A stretch of DNA of 64,000 nt. Origin: a virus. A program made the translations under genes and the position numbers. The notes under the pieces are model-generated. The model saw only the letters and a list, made by a program, of their open reading frames with translations. It made no database searches and was not told the DNA's origin. Shown here piece after piece: positions 1 to 9,350 of the stretch (positions are counted from its first letter, which is position 1; every line of letters starts with the position of its first letter). The DNA lies in IMG/VR virus record IMGVR_UViG_3300025941_000018, positions 1 to 64,000 of that record; one strand, given 5' to 3'.

Positions 1-94
1 GACATTTTTGTTGGTGCCCAAGGTGCGGCTGGGACATGAACCTTCCCGAGAAATATAACACGCCCCGTCATCGCGGGGTTGAACTGATGAAACC

Positions 95-289
95 ATGATC
101 AAAATCGAAATCATCATAGAGGAGCACGCTGATAGAGCCGTCAGGATGACCCTTAAAGCCGAGCAAAGTGACGGCGCAACGATATTTGAGCAGCGAATTG
201 CTGACGGAATAATTGATGCCATAACCAAGCGTGATGAAGTTGATGTCACGATGGTTTCTATGACGGACATAAAATACGACAAGCCATGA
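95..289 (+). CDS. hypothetical phage protein (64 aa)
   Basis: ATG start; ATGA overlap with next ORF. Confidence 0.6.
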   Translation: MIKIEIIIEEHADRAVRMTLKAEQSDGATIFEQRIADGIIDAITKRDEVDVTMVSMTDIKYDKP

Positions 290-624
290 CACCCTCAAAT
301 CTCGACCCCGAACTCCTGCGCCAGGCATTGGCCAAAATCAAGCCGCAGCCTGTGGCCAAGTCTCGCGCCCGCGTGCTGCCGACCAAGTACCAGCACGTAA
401 TATGCTGCGATTGGTTCAGGGTTTTTACATGGCCTGAGCGATTCAAAATCCTGTTCGGCTACAAGTTGAATGTCCTTATCCGCCTGCGCGCGCCTCACAA
501 TCCAGGAAATTGTGACCCTGTAGTCGCCGGTGAAGTCACGCCCTACACGACGCCATCCGAACTCCTGCGCTCGCGCATCGAGAAAGACCTGGCCAAACTC
601 AACACGGCGCCAACCATCGAATGA
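286..624 (+). CDS. hypothetical phage protein (112 aa)
   Basis: ATGA-coupled on both sides. Confidence 0.7.
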   Translation: MTPSNLDPELLRQALAKIKPQPVAKSRARVLPTKYQHVICCDWFRVFTWPERFKILFGYKLNVLIRLRAPHNPGNCDPVVAGEVTPYTTPSELLRSRIEKDLAKLNTAPTIE

Positions 625-1142
625 CGCTAGAGTTTATGGCCATGTCCTGGTTGAGATTTGAGAAGCGATGTCCAGTCGCGCTGTTCGGACGGTCGCCGCG
701 TCATTCAAACGGCTTGCCGGATGTCATGGGCATCACGCGGGACCGCTACCTTTACGAGATCGAAATCAAGCGCTCGGTATCGGACTTCAAAGCCAATGCC
801 AAAAAGCCGTTTCACATGTCCCGCAACATCGCTGGCGACACTAAACGGCACCCGGCTCTCTTTTGGTTCCTCACGCCGGCAGAACTCACGGAGAAAGTTT
901 TACCGTTAGTTCCTGGGTGGGCTGGCTTGCTTCGCGGTCCATTGCCGAACGATGTTCAAGGGGTATTCATGGTCAAGAAAGCGCCGCGCAACAAACTCTC
1001 GCAGCGCCTCTGCACCCGTGAGTGCGTCCAACTCGCGCATTGCATGGCTAACCAGATTTACTCGTTTGCCAGAATCGTTTCAGGCCGCGAGGAATGGGAT
1101 CGTCACAACGCCAAATTTCTCACCCAGGATTACGAGATATGA
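621..1142 (+). CDS. PD-(D/E)XK nuclease, MmcB-like
   Basis: Motifs PDVMGI and YEIEIKRSVSDFKA. Confidence 0.75.
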   Translation: MTLEFMAMSWLRFEKRCPVALFGRSPRHSNGLPDVMGITRDRYLYEIEIKRSVSDFKANAKKPFHMSRNIAGDTKRHPALFWFLTPAELTEKVLPLVPGWAGLLRGPLPNDVQGVFMVKKAPRNKLSQRLCTRECVQLAHCMANQIYSFARIVSGREEWDRHNAKFLTQDYEI

Positions 1143-1308
1143 GCGAGCCCAAACACTTCTGGGATCTTCGCGTCCCTTTGGAAACCCACCCGTTCAAACA
1201 GGACGCCAAAAACGATTTCGTCTGCGAGGTTTGCAAGAAGCCGCGGGCGATGCACGGCGAGGCTGTCGTGCTGCTGGAACCTAAACCTGAACCACCGAGA
1301 AAGACGCC

Positions 1309-1551
1309 ATGAATAAAAAAATATCCGCTGAAATTCAATCGGCTCAAAATCACGGCAGGCAAAAATACGGCAAAGGGCCGAACGACTTTGCGCACGACGA
1401 CGCGAACCGAAATCACGTTTGGCACGACTGCATTGAAGATCATCTTCGCCGTGCGAGGTTCGCGACGCCAATGGACAGGCGCGAGCATCTCGTAAAACTC
1501 GCTGGGCTTGCCGTTTCGGCGATTGAATCTTTCGACCGCAAAAACTCATGA
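1309..1551 (+). CDS. small helical protein, possibly MazG-like
   Basis: C-terminal REHLVKLAGLAVSAIESFD resembles MazG-like phage proteins. Confidence 0.4.
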   Translation: MNKKISAEIQSAQNHGRQKYGKGPNDFAHDDANRNHVWHDCIEDHLRRARFATPMDRREHLVKLAGLAVSAIESFDRKNS

Positions 1552-1702
1552 ACGCCATCGAATGGTTCGTCTTAGCCAACCCGGAGATTGCGGTGATGGA
1601 TCTCCTTCAGGACGCGGCAATCATCAGCGACAACTGCGTGCTGCCATCTGACATCGCGGCTGCTGACCATGACCGCGCGCTGGATTATCTCCAAAAGAAA
1701 AT

Positions 1703-1728
1703 CAGCCCGGCGGCAAAACCGGGCTGAC
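1703..1728 (+). terminator. GC-rich hairpin, possible terminator
   Basis: cagcccgg-cggcaaaa-ccgggctg inverted repeat; A-rich on the left side. Confidence 0.4.
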
Positions 1729-1805
1729 AAGAATGGAAACCATTGATTTATGACTAAGACGCTTCACACTCTCTCGAAACCTCAACCGAGTCAACAACCA
1801 AAATT

Positions 1806-2105
1806 ATGCTACGACCAACCCAACTAAATCCAGTCTGCGGAAATGCCGCAGTTGAGAAAACTCCGTCTGCCATCGAGCAGGAACTGCAACAGCTTGCATC
1901 CCTGGCCCACGAGTTGTCAGATGCGCTCGCCGGATTGGAGGAACGCATCGCGCCCATCATCCGCCGCTGCGATCCATTACCCGTGCCGCCCGATAAAGAG
2001 CCTGAGATTAGCCCACCACTCGCCAATAGGCTGCGCGTGATGAATCGCAACCTGGGTGAGCGAATCGAAAATCTGCGCGGTCTGGTGCGCCTCATCGACC
2101 TATGA
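1806..2105 (+). CDS. hypothetical coiled-coil protein
   Basis: ORF coupled to next gene; helical heptad pattern. Confidence 0.6.
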   Translation: MLRPTQLNPVCGNAAVEKTPSAIEQELQQLASLAHELSDALAGLEERIAPIIRRCDPLPVPPDKEPEISPPLANRLRVMNRNLGERIENLRGLVRLIDL

Positions 2106-2356
2106 CCTCCTTCGAAGTCGTGCGCCAGGGCCTGCGCGAACTCGGCCTGGATGAACAGCGCATCGACGACATGTTCGCCATGGAATTGAAGATGAACCCG
2201 CACAGCGAGCTCGATCGGCGATGCCAGATCCCCGATGACCAAATCCCTCACATTATCGCACTGGTAAAACGCATGTGGCATGTGCCGCCGTCCGTCCAAA
2301 ATCAAATGCGCGAAGAAGCCGAGCGCAACATCGCCAGGTTCGCGGAGAAGAATTGA
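2102..2356 (+). CDS. hypothetical protein (84 aa)
   Basis: ATGA overlap, operon context. Confidence 0.6.
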   Translation: MTSFEVVRQGLRELGLDEQRIDDMFAMELKMNPHSELDRRCQIPDDQIPHIIALVKRMWHVPPSVQNQMREEAERNIARFAEKN

Positions 2357-2359
2357 CCT

Positions 2360-2611
2360 ATGCTCGCACGCGATATTCTCAAAAAGGCCCTCATCAGACA
2401 CGGCTACAGCAAACGCAAAGCGCATCAAACCGTGACCACGATGTCCAAGCTGCCCCAATTCGCGCTGTTCCTCGCCAAGAACTTCCCGCCTGGCCAGGTG
2501 CCAAAGCAGACCATGATTTTGGAAACTGTTTTTCACCTTCCGATTACGGCCGTAGAAGCGCTGTCCAGAGCAGGCGACATGGTGGAGGCCGCAAACGCAA
2601 AGAAGAATTGA
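2360..2611 (+). CDS. hypothetical protein (83 aa)
   Basis: Operon context. Confidence 0.6.
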   Translation: MLARDILKKALIRHGYSKRKAHQTVTTMSKLPQFALFLAKNFPPGQVPKQTMILETVFHLPITAVEALSRAGDMVEAANAKKN

Positions 2612-2613
2612 AA

Positions 2614-2940
2614 ATGAAAACTATCCACAAATACCCGCTGGCGATCGAGGCCGAGCTTGTTGTCATGCTGCCCGTCGAAGCACAGATACTTGACGTCCAA
2701 TTTCAGCGCAACGACCTCTGCCTCTGGGCGCTGGTTGACCGCGAGGCCGCCAAAGAACCCATCACCCTTCGCATGTTAGGCACCGGCCACCACGTCGAAC
2801 TCAAGCCTGACGCGCAATACCTGGCCACCGTCCAGCAATACGGCGGCACCTTCGTCTGGCACATTTTCAAGGATGGGAAATCGCAGGAAGAAATAACGCA
2901 GGATGACATTCACGCAATGGACCCGCGCACATGGCCATGA
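2614..2940 (+). CDS. conserved phage protein (MKTIHKY...LWALVD...FVWHIF type)
   Basis: Recognisable widespread phage family; ATG at 2614 preferred over the track start at 2275. Confidence 0.75.
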   Translation: MKTIHKYPLAIEAELVVMLPVEAQILDVQFQRNDLCLWALVDREAAKEPITLRMLGTGHHVELKPDAQYLATVQQYGGTFVWHIFKDGKSQEEITQDDIHAMDPRTWP

Positions 2941-2983
2941 CCCTCCCTCAATCCATCGCCCTGCTGTTTGAATCCTAAAACCT

Positions 2984-3214
2984 ATGAGCAAACCAATCTT
3001 GCATCACTTCGTAATTGAGACCTCAGAAGGGTTGTGCTTCACATGGATTGGCGGCCGCCTGATCCCAGACGGCAAGGATCACGTCTGGCTGACCACGCCA
3101 GGAGGAAGAAAGGTGTTTCGTGCGCTACGGAAGGAAGTGTCCCCGTCCTCTCCCGAGGACTTCATAAAGCGAGTCAAAAACGACCAGCTAATGAATCGGG
3201 CCCCGAACAACTAG
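2984..3214 (+). CDS. hypothetical protein (76 aa)
   Basis: ATG ORF in operon. Confidence 0.6.
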   Translation: MSKPILHHFVIETSEGLCFTWIGGRLIPDGKDHVWLTTPGGRKVFRALRKEVSPSSPEDFIKRVKNDQLMNRAPNN

Positions 3215-3261
3215 CGATTCGAAGTTTTTCCCCTCCACCCAAAACCTGGCATGAAAGCAGC

Positions 3262-3513
3262 ATGACCATCTCCGGACGAATCCTTCGCGCCGTCAAGCGC
3301 GCGCCAGCCACCGCGCCGGAACTCGGCGCCATGCTCTGGCCGAAGATGTCGCTCTACGACAGCAGGCGAAAAGCGTCCTCGCATCTCTGCAACCTCAGGA
3401 CCCGCGGCAAGCTCGTGGTCATCGGCAAAGTCGCCCGTGACGGCTACAAGGACGGGGTAAAATCAAGCAGGGTCATGGCCAACCTTTACACGGCTCGCAA
3501 ATATTCCCTTTAA
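3262..3513 (+). CDS. winged-HTH-like DNA-binding protein
   Basis: ILRAVKRAPATAPELGAML...ASSHLCNLRTRGKL pattern; ATG at 3262. Confidence 0.55.
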   Translation: MTISGRILRAVKRAPATAPELGAMLWPKMSLYDSRRKASSHLCNLRTRGKLVVIGKVARDGYKDGVKSSRVMANLYTARKYSL

Positions 3514-3528
3514 CAGATTCGCCGCGGG

Positions 3529-3732
3529 CTACTTCCAAAACCACGCGGCCTTCATAGCAGTCAACCTCTGCCTGGCCGAGCCCGGGCACATGCCGACCAT
3601 CCAGCCCAGCGGATCATCTGCGCGGCCGCATTTCCAAACCTTGTTCTCTTTCACCCACTCAGCCCACAGCGTCAGGTTGCCAATGTGGATTCGAAGATGC
3701 AGGATTTTAGTGTTCTGGTTGCGGGTCGCCAT
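3529..3732 (-). CDS. hypothetical protein (67 aa)
   Basis: Follows the rep-like gene on the same strand. Confidence 0.5.
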   Translation of the reverse strand: MATRNQNTKILHLRIHIGNLTLWAEWVKENKVWKCGRADDPLGWMVGMCPGSARQRLTAMKAAWFWK

Positions 3733-4225
3733 CCAGCACCTGCTCCGATCTTATCCATTCCTCTGTCGCTTCGTGCGCGGCCTTGTTGGCGTCAGTGACC
3801 TTAGAGAACTTATCGGCTATCACGGAAGCTTCCTCCGCAGTTGGCGGGCGGCGCGGATTTTTTTTGGATCGATACTCAGATTGCTTTACTCGCTGATACT
3901 CATTGCGATTGGCTTTCCTCATCAAATTTTGATAGTGCTCGGCGTTGAGTATCAGCCATCCGCCTTCCACTTTTTTCAACCTCCTGCCCTCGTTAAGTTG
4001 CGGCTCCATCCTCTTGGTGTCCGGAGACTCCAGCACGCGAATCGCTTGCAGCGCCTCCGCCTCGGTTTTGCGCGACCACTTCCCCACGTTATATGCCGTT
4101 GCCCTGACCACGTTGTCGGGGTCCTTTTTCGCCAGCATCGTCAGGTAAACTTTCACCACCAAATCCGACTCGTCCCACAATGACGAATCCACTATCTTCG
4201 AAAAAATCGGCACGTAAAAATTCAT
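3707..4225 (-). CDS. phage replication initiator-like HTH protein
   Basis: N-terminal YVPIFSKIVDSSLW..., ESPD...EGRRLKKVEGGWLILNAEHY and basic coiled coil, typical of phage replisome organisers. Confidence 0.65.
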   Translation of the reverse strand: MNFYVPIFSKIVDSSLWDESDLVVKVYLTMLAKKDPDNVVRATAYNVGKWSRKTEAEALQAIRVLESPDTKRMEPQLNEGRRLKKVEGGWLILNAEHYQNLMRKANRNEYQRVKQSEYRSKKNPRRPPTAEEASVIADKFSKVTDANKAAHEATEEWIRSEQVLDGDPQPEH

Positions 4226-4683
4226 GCGAACATTCCTTTCTCAAATTTTGACTGCGTTAACCAGACTTGACCAACGTGGAATTTAACAGCGGTGTCTTTG
4301 GGTTCTGGGGGATACCACTTCATCGCCCATTCCAGGAATGATTTGTCCCGCTCCCTCAACCCGCGCCCGCTGTATATCATCAGCTTCAAGCAGTGCAGCC
4401 GGTGCATCATAGCGCTGAAAAAATAGTCCTCCCGGTAGAGCATAAATGGCGCGCTTCGGACCTCCACAATTCCATGAACTTTGGCGTGACACCCGCGACA
4501 CAGAACTTTCAAGTCGGCCTCCGTCGTCGCGTACCAATCCTCTGGATACCTCCAATGATGACTCTGCAAGTTCCGCCGGCTTCCGCAACCTTCACACCTC
4601 CCAGCAGACCGCCTCTTCCTGGTCGATAGTTCCTTCCAGAAATCACTCTTCAAAAACTTCCGATATGCCTGCTTGCTGCTCAC
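4222..4683 (-). CDS. HNH endonuclease
   Basis: CEGCG...LQSHH...DLKVLCRGCHAKVH. Confidence 0.8.
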   Translation of the reverse strand: MSSKQAYRKFLKSDFWKELSTRKRRSAGRCEGCGSRRNLQSHHWRYPEDWYATTEADLKVLCRGCHAKVHGIVEVRSAPFMLYREDYFFSAMMHRLHCLKLMIYSGRGLRERDKSFLEWAMKWYPPEPKDTAVKFHVGQVWLTQSKFEKGMFA

Positions 4684-5720
4684 TCAAAAAGACTATCAAC
4701 CCCACACAAAACATCAATGTAAATGTTTACAAAGTTTAGCTTTCGTTTACACCCCATTTACACCATAATACTGAACGCAGTAAGACAGTACTAGCGCGAA
4801 GCCGCACCCCCAATTTCGTTATCCAAATAGTCCGCCCGCCCCGAAAACCGTGCTTTGCTGAATTCCCTACGGTTTTGGATCGTTATCCTTAACGAACCGT
4901 CCGAAATCCCAGCCTTGAAAAAAAAATCGAGTTCCATCAGAGGGGCATCCCCCCGTTTTCGGGCACCCCCGGCCATACCCCCGCTAACCCCCCACCCCGA
5001 TTTCGTCCAGGCCCGAACCTGCCTGGCGTGGTCTGTCCGTCATAATCCAGCCATTCCGACGGCAAACCATGCGGAAACCTTAGCAAAACAGCGAAAACGT
5101 ACAAAATAGCCCATTTTGAACGGTGGTCTCGGACCGAGGTCCAGCCGAACCAGGTCGCCGCCGGCCAGACCAGACCGCGGGCTGCAGGTCGTGATGCGCG
5201 CAGAACTGAAAACGGCCTTTTCGCAAGGTTGAGAAAAGACGGATGCTCCCTCCCGTCAATCGGTCAGTCTGAAAGTCGAGCGGTCGAGTAGAGATTGGGC
5301 AACTCCTCGTTCCTATATCCTGTATAGCTCGTATTGGTATGTCCTATACAGCGTATAGGTATGGAAAGCACTACTGGCCGGGAAATGAGCGGAATTGCCG
5401 TTTTCCCGCGTTTTTGGTGTCGTTGGCATAGATTGGACGTTCGGAAGCGTCTGGTGGGCGGTGGTTTGGCTGGGATTGCGGGCTGGGAGGCCTGGTCGAG
5501 GTGGGAAAGGAGGGTTGCTCGATGGCTGGCGGGGTTCGGTTGGGGCCGTGGGCAAGTATCGGCCGCTGGAGCGAGCTGGCCGGCAAGTCGGTACTCGAGC
5601 CCAGACGCAGCAAACCCCGGGCAAGCGAGGTTTACGGCGCCGGCCCGGGGTGAAAAACACGCTGTGTAGGTTATTTCATTCGGTTGCTCCTGGGGTTGAG
5701 GGTTAAGCCGGGGGTCTGGA

Positions 5721-6104
5721 TCAATCCAGGTCCGGCGTTGCTTCTGCCGCGCGTTCCGGGCTATCCGTCGGCGAGGGCAGAAAAGGGTTGAGGCTTTCAA
5801 ACATGGCCCGCGCGCCTTTGGATTTGGCGTCCTGCTGGCATTCGCGGAACGTCATCCAGGGCGCGATCTCGTGACCGTCGGCGGTGGTCTCGCTGTAGCC
5901 ATTGCGCCAGTCATAACCGGGCTTGCCGTTCCCGCGTTCGATGCGGCCTCGGAACGTGTAAACGATAGTCGGAACAGGTTCGGCGAAGTCGGCGCCGCAG
6001 TTCGGGCATTGGACGGCGTTGCTCTGGGTCGTGACTTCCGGCCTCACGTTGCATTCGTCAGTGGGGAAGGAAGCTTTGCAGTCGGGGCAAGTGTAGGTTT
6101 TCAT
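5721..6104 (-). CDS. Zn-ribbon protein
   Basis: CPDC...CPNC; ATG at 6104. Confidence 0.6.
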   Translation of the reverse strand: MKTYTCPDCKASFPTDECNVRPEVTTQSNAVQCPNCGADFAEPVPTIVYTFRGRIERGNGKPGYDWRNGYSETTADGHEIAPWMTFRECQQDAKSKGARAMFESLNPFLPSPTDSPERAAEATPDLD

Positions 6105-6106
6105 GA

Positions 6107-6457
6107 TCAATCCCAGGATCCAACCGCACAACGGTTGTGCAAGTCAACTGTGTGGCTGAAGCCCAGCCAGCAACAAGAGCACTTCGGATGATAACGGATA
6201 TTGCCCTCGCCGTGGGGATAATCGCGCGCCACCGAGGACACGTCATCTTTGCCGGCGGCGAAGCGCCTTTCATTCACCGGCCTTTTCTCCGTGAAGCTGG
6301 TGTAGGTGTCAACTCGGAACCATCCGCCGCCATCGCGGTCACGGTACGGGGTCCCGATTTGGTTTGTCCCGTACTTCAGTGTTTCAATCGTGCCGATCAT
6401 AGCATTGCCTCCCGTGCAATCTCGCGTGTGGCCTTTGTGTTCAAGTGTTTCGCGCAT
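6107..6457 (-). CDS. hypothetical protein with C-terminal Cys/His cluster
   Basis: HPKCSCCWLGFSHTVDLH; start may be the internal Met (MIGTIET). Confidence 0.55.
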   Translation of the reverse strand: MRETLEHKGHTRDCTGGNAMIGTIETLKYGTNQIGTPYRDRDGGGWFRVDTYTSFTEKRPVNERRFAAGKDDVSSVARDYPHGEGNIRYHPKCSCCWLGFSHTVDLHNRCAVGSWD

Positions 6458-6471
6458 AGTCTTATCCTCGA

Positions 6472-6651
6472 TTAGCGTTTTATATACGCGTTTACTCCCA
6501 CGACAACCGGCTTGCCGTCAATCAGGACGGAGGTTGTCAAATTGCCGTGCGAGCTGGCGACGACAAGAGTTTTCCCGGAAGCACTAGGCGCCGGCGTGGG
6601 GTTAATGGGCAGGGTTAGCACCAAGTTACCGTCTTTTATTTCAGCTTTCAT
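6472..6651 (-). CDS. conserved small phage protein (59 aa), absent from ORF track
   Basis: Manual translation MKAEIKDGNLVLTLPINPTPAPSASGKTLVVASSHGNLTTSVLIDGKPVVVGVNAYIKR; the SASGKTLVVAS-GN...NAY motif is a recurrent phage family; upstream TATATT box. Confidence 0.75.
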   Translation of the reverse strand: MKAEIKDGNLVLTLPINPTPAPSASGKTLVVASSHGNLTTSVLIDGKPVVVGVNAYIKR

Positions 6652-7015
6652 TTTGTTTCTCTGTTCTCTGTTGGGTCAGACGTGATTGCCTGACTGAGTG
6701 GAATATAGCAGAGGGGATGCCAAGAGATTTTGAGCGTGAGCCGAAAGGGGTCAGTGTAATATTTTGCTGTACTCGAGCCTGGAACAGCTCGCAATGGCCT
6801 ATTTAGGCAGCCACTTTGAGCCGATTAACATTGAACGAAAAGGACTTCTGTAAAAACCGCCGACTTTTGCCTTTGCGACAAATAACCCACTTTCACCCAA
6901 TTACAGCCGAATCAAAGTCGCGATCATGCTGTAAAGACTTCTTACACTAATTTTGGCCTAGTGAGCTATTCACGCTCAAAATCCATTGGCACGGTGGTTG
7001 CTTAGGTTGGCGTGA

Positions 7016-7429
7016 ATGAATGCGATTACAACAAGACCTTTGGCCGATTTCATTCGTGAAGTCGGATTGACGATGACGAGCGAACAGACGGACTCTAACC
7101 CACACATGGAGGACTCCGGCAATATGGATCACTGGAAGTGTCTGCTCCGTTGCGGGCGATCCAGGATGACGATCCATTTTTCAAAAGGCGTGGGGCACCA
7201 CGGAAGCGAGCCGGAGGTTGACGAAGTGATTGATTGCCTGGCGTCTGATTCGGCTGGCGTGGAGAATGCCAGCACGTTTGAAAACTGGTGCGACGAGTAC
7301 GGGTACGATCACGACAGCCGCAAAGCGGAAAAGACTTACAAGGTATGTCTGGACCAAGCGGCGAAGCTCAAAAAGTTTTTGGGCGAATCCGCATTTGAAA
7401 CCCTGCTTTGGAATATTGATAGGCTTTAA
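7016..7429 (+). CDS. conserved phage early protein
   Basis: MDHWKC...FENWCDEYGYDHDSRKAEKTY family motif; TAGGTT box 7 nt before ATG. Confidence 0.75.
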   Translation: MNAITTRPLADFIREVGLTMTSEQTDSNPHMEDSGNMDHWKCLLRCGRSRMTIHFSKGVGHHGSEPEVDEVIDCLASDSAGVENASTFENWCDEYGYDHDSRKAEKTYKVCLDQAAKLKKFLGESAFETLLWNIDRL

Positions 7430-7488
7430 TTCCAGCCAACTTTCCCCCGTTCTGGTCCCACTTGGGGCCAGACCGGAAGAAAGACAAA

Positions 7489-7698
7489 ATGAAAACCTAC
7501 GTTGAAATTAAGCGGTCAGAAGTGCCCGGTGGGGTGCGATTCGACGTGCCGCGCCGCAACCAGGGGCAGATTGTTGAGATTGCTTACGGCGGTTTTGCTC
7601 GCAGCGAACACGACGAAGGAGACCCGTACAAGCGAGAGACAGACCGCAGCTTGCCGGCGGAGCAACGAACAAAATTCTACAAACTCCGCACCGCCTAA
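7489..7698 (+). CDS. hypothetical protein
   Basis: ATG at 7489, TAATG coupling to next ORF. Confidence 0.6.
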   Translation: MKTYVEIKRSEVPGGVRFDVPRRNQGQIVEIAYGGFARSEHDEGDPYKRETDRSLPAEQRTKFYKLRTA

Positions 7699-8045
7699 TG
7701 ACCCCCCAAACACAAATCCCCCTTTACGAGGACGATCTAGTCGCCGTGTTTCCAGACTACGAGTTGCGCGGCGGCCGCAGCGTCATCGTGATTCACCGCG
7801 GCAGCCGGGCCATGAGCATGGAATCAACCGCAACCTGGGGTAAACGCATCCGCAAGTATTGGCTGGATCTGATGGCGAGGAAGTGCGTTGTGCATCCCGA
7901 CCGCCAGGCGGCCCGTTACTCGTGGAAACCCAAAATGCCCGGCGAGATGATCCCCGTCTGTGCCGAGTGTGGGGACGGAAGCCCGCAGTCAATCAATGCA
8001 ATTTTTCAAACCCGGGCGGCGATGGTGCGCGCGGGGAAACTGTGA
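7698..8045 (+). CDS. hypothetical protein with CxxH/CxxC Zn-binding motifs
   Basis: CVVHPDR...VCAEC. Confidence 0.6.
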   Translation: MTPQTQIPLYEDDLVAVFPDYELRGGRSVIVIHRGSRAMSMESTATWGKRIRKYWLDLMARKCVVHPDRQAARYSWKPKMPGEMIPVCAECGDGSPQSINAIFQTRAAMVRAGKL

Positions 8046-8049
8046 TCGT

Positions 8050-8283
8050 ATGAATAAAAATCAAACTGCACGCGCCGAGCATCTTGCTTGGTGCAAGACC
8101 CGGGCGCTCGGGTACGTGGACCTTGGCGACATGGCTTCAGCCCTCGCCAGTATGGGCAGCGATCTGGACAAGCACCCGCAGACAAAAGGCCACCCCGGGA
8201 CCGAACTGGGCACAATGCTACTCATTAACGGGAACCTGGGGACAGCCGCAGAAATGCGCAAATTCATCGAGGGATTCAACTAA
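8050..8283 (+). CDS. conserved phage protein
   Basis: RAEHLAWCKTRAL...SDLDKHP...RKFIEGFN; ATG at 8050. Confidence 0.7.
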   Translation: MNKNQTARAEHLAWCKTRALGYVDLGDMASALASMGSDLDKHPQTKGHPGTELGTMLLINGNLGTAAEMRKFIEGFN

Positions 8284-8422
8284 TGACCGACCCCGAACTA
8301 TTCTTCGGCGCCCTGTTCATCCTGGGCGCGGTGATTTCCGCCTTCTCCATTGGCCGCGCGTGGGGCAAGTGCGAGCAGGAGATCCAAACGTTCAAAACCG
8401 TATTTCACATCCGCAGAAACTA

Positions 8423-8821
8423 ATGGGCCAGTTCAAAATCAATCCCGAGCCGTGCTCCTCCTGCCCGTATCGCCGCGACACGCCACCCGGCATTTGGGAT
8501 CGCGAGGAGTACGACAAGCTTCCGGCCTGGGACGATGAAAAAAACATGGCCGCTGGCGCGTTCCTGTGCCACCAAGGACAACGGCAATTCCTGTGCCGTG
8601 GCTGGTCTGAGGTCCATCATCGCAACTGGGCGGTGAGAATTGCCCTGTTGCAGTGCGCGCCGCCGCCAGGAGGCTGGAAGCCGTGCGCGGCGCCGCTTTA
8701 CGAGACCGGTGCAAAAGCGCGGCTTGCTGGTCTGCGTGGCATCAAGAAGCCCGGCAAAGCGGCGCGGCAGACGATTGCCAAGCTGATTAAGGCGCGGGCT
8801 GAAAAAGGAGTTGACTCGTGA
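8423..8821 (+). CDS. Cys-rich phage protein (DUF6283-like)
   Basis: PCSSCPYRRD.PPGIW...FLCHQ...LCRGW; ATG at 8423. Confidence 0.7.
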   Translation: MGQFKINPEPCSSCPYRRDTPPGIWDREEYDKLPAWDDEKNMAAGAFLCHQGQRQFLCRGWSEVHHRNWAVRIALLQCAPPPGGWKPCAAPLYETGAKARLAGLRGIKKPGKAARQTIAKLIKARAEKGVDS

Positions 8822-9010
8822 GGCACAACGTGCCATTGTTTCATCGTTCGGGCCGTAGTGGGCCTGCAAGCGATGAAAAAGAACAATTTAGATTCCTGTT
8901 CTACTCACTTACGACTGCCGCCAGGTGGTCGCGGGTGCTCCGCGCTTGTGGAGTCCACTACAGAACAGGTTTCGTACCCAAGTTGAGCAATCAGCTTGGG
9001 GATTTTTCCT
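8811..9010 (+). promoter_or_regulatory. promoter plus alternative-pairing leader plus terminator-like hairpin
   Basis: TTGACT-N17-CATTGT; 8855-8872 pairs with 8943-8961; 8895-8902 pairs with 8962-8969; cccaag-ttga-gcaa-tcag-cttggg followed by a T-run. Confidence 0.55.
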
Positions 9011-9018
9011 GTCGGCTT

Positions 9019-9311
9019 GAACCATTGCCGTTCAGCGGTGAGAAATGGACGCGAGGGTCGGCAATGGATTGCGGTACTCGGGAACTGATTACTACCGCAC
9101 ACGTGGGCGCGAATGGGCCAGAGCGTGATTCAGCAGCCTTATACCCAAGGTTGAATAGTCTAGCCCCACCGCTCAAGGTCAAATTTTCGAGCGGAGCCAA
9201 AAGCGAAGCGAAGCGACCGACGGGCTTTCGTCAGAGCAGAGGCAGTAGCGCGTCCCTTAGGGGGCGCTCTGCCTTTTGCTCGCTCTCTCCCTCTAAGCTT
9301 TCATCAGTACA
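9019..9311 (+). repeat. 293-bp structured repeat, copy 1 (candidate ncRNA or origin)
   Basis: Direct repeat of 29501-29793 with 5 mismatches; many hairpins. Confidence 0.95.
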
Positions 9312-9350
9312 GGGCAGGATCGGAGAAGATCCCAGTACAGGAGCAACCCT

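Noticed and set aside
4791-5706. Overlapping ORFs in the 4.8-5.7 kb region
   Set aside because: Mutually overlapping, low-complexity translations without motifs; treated as non-coding
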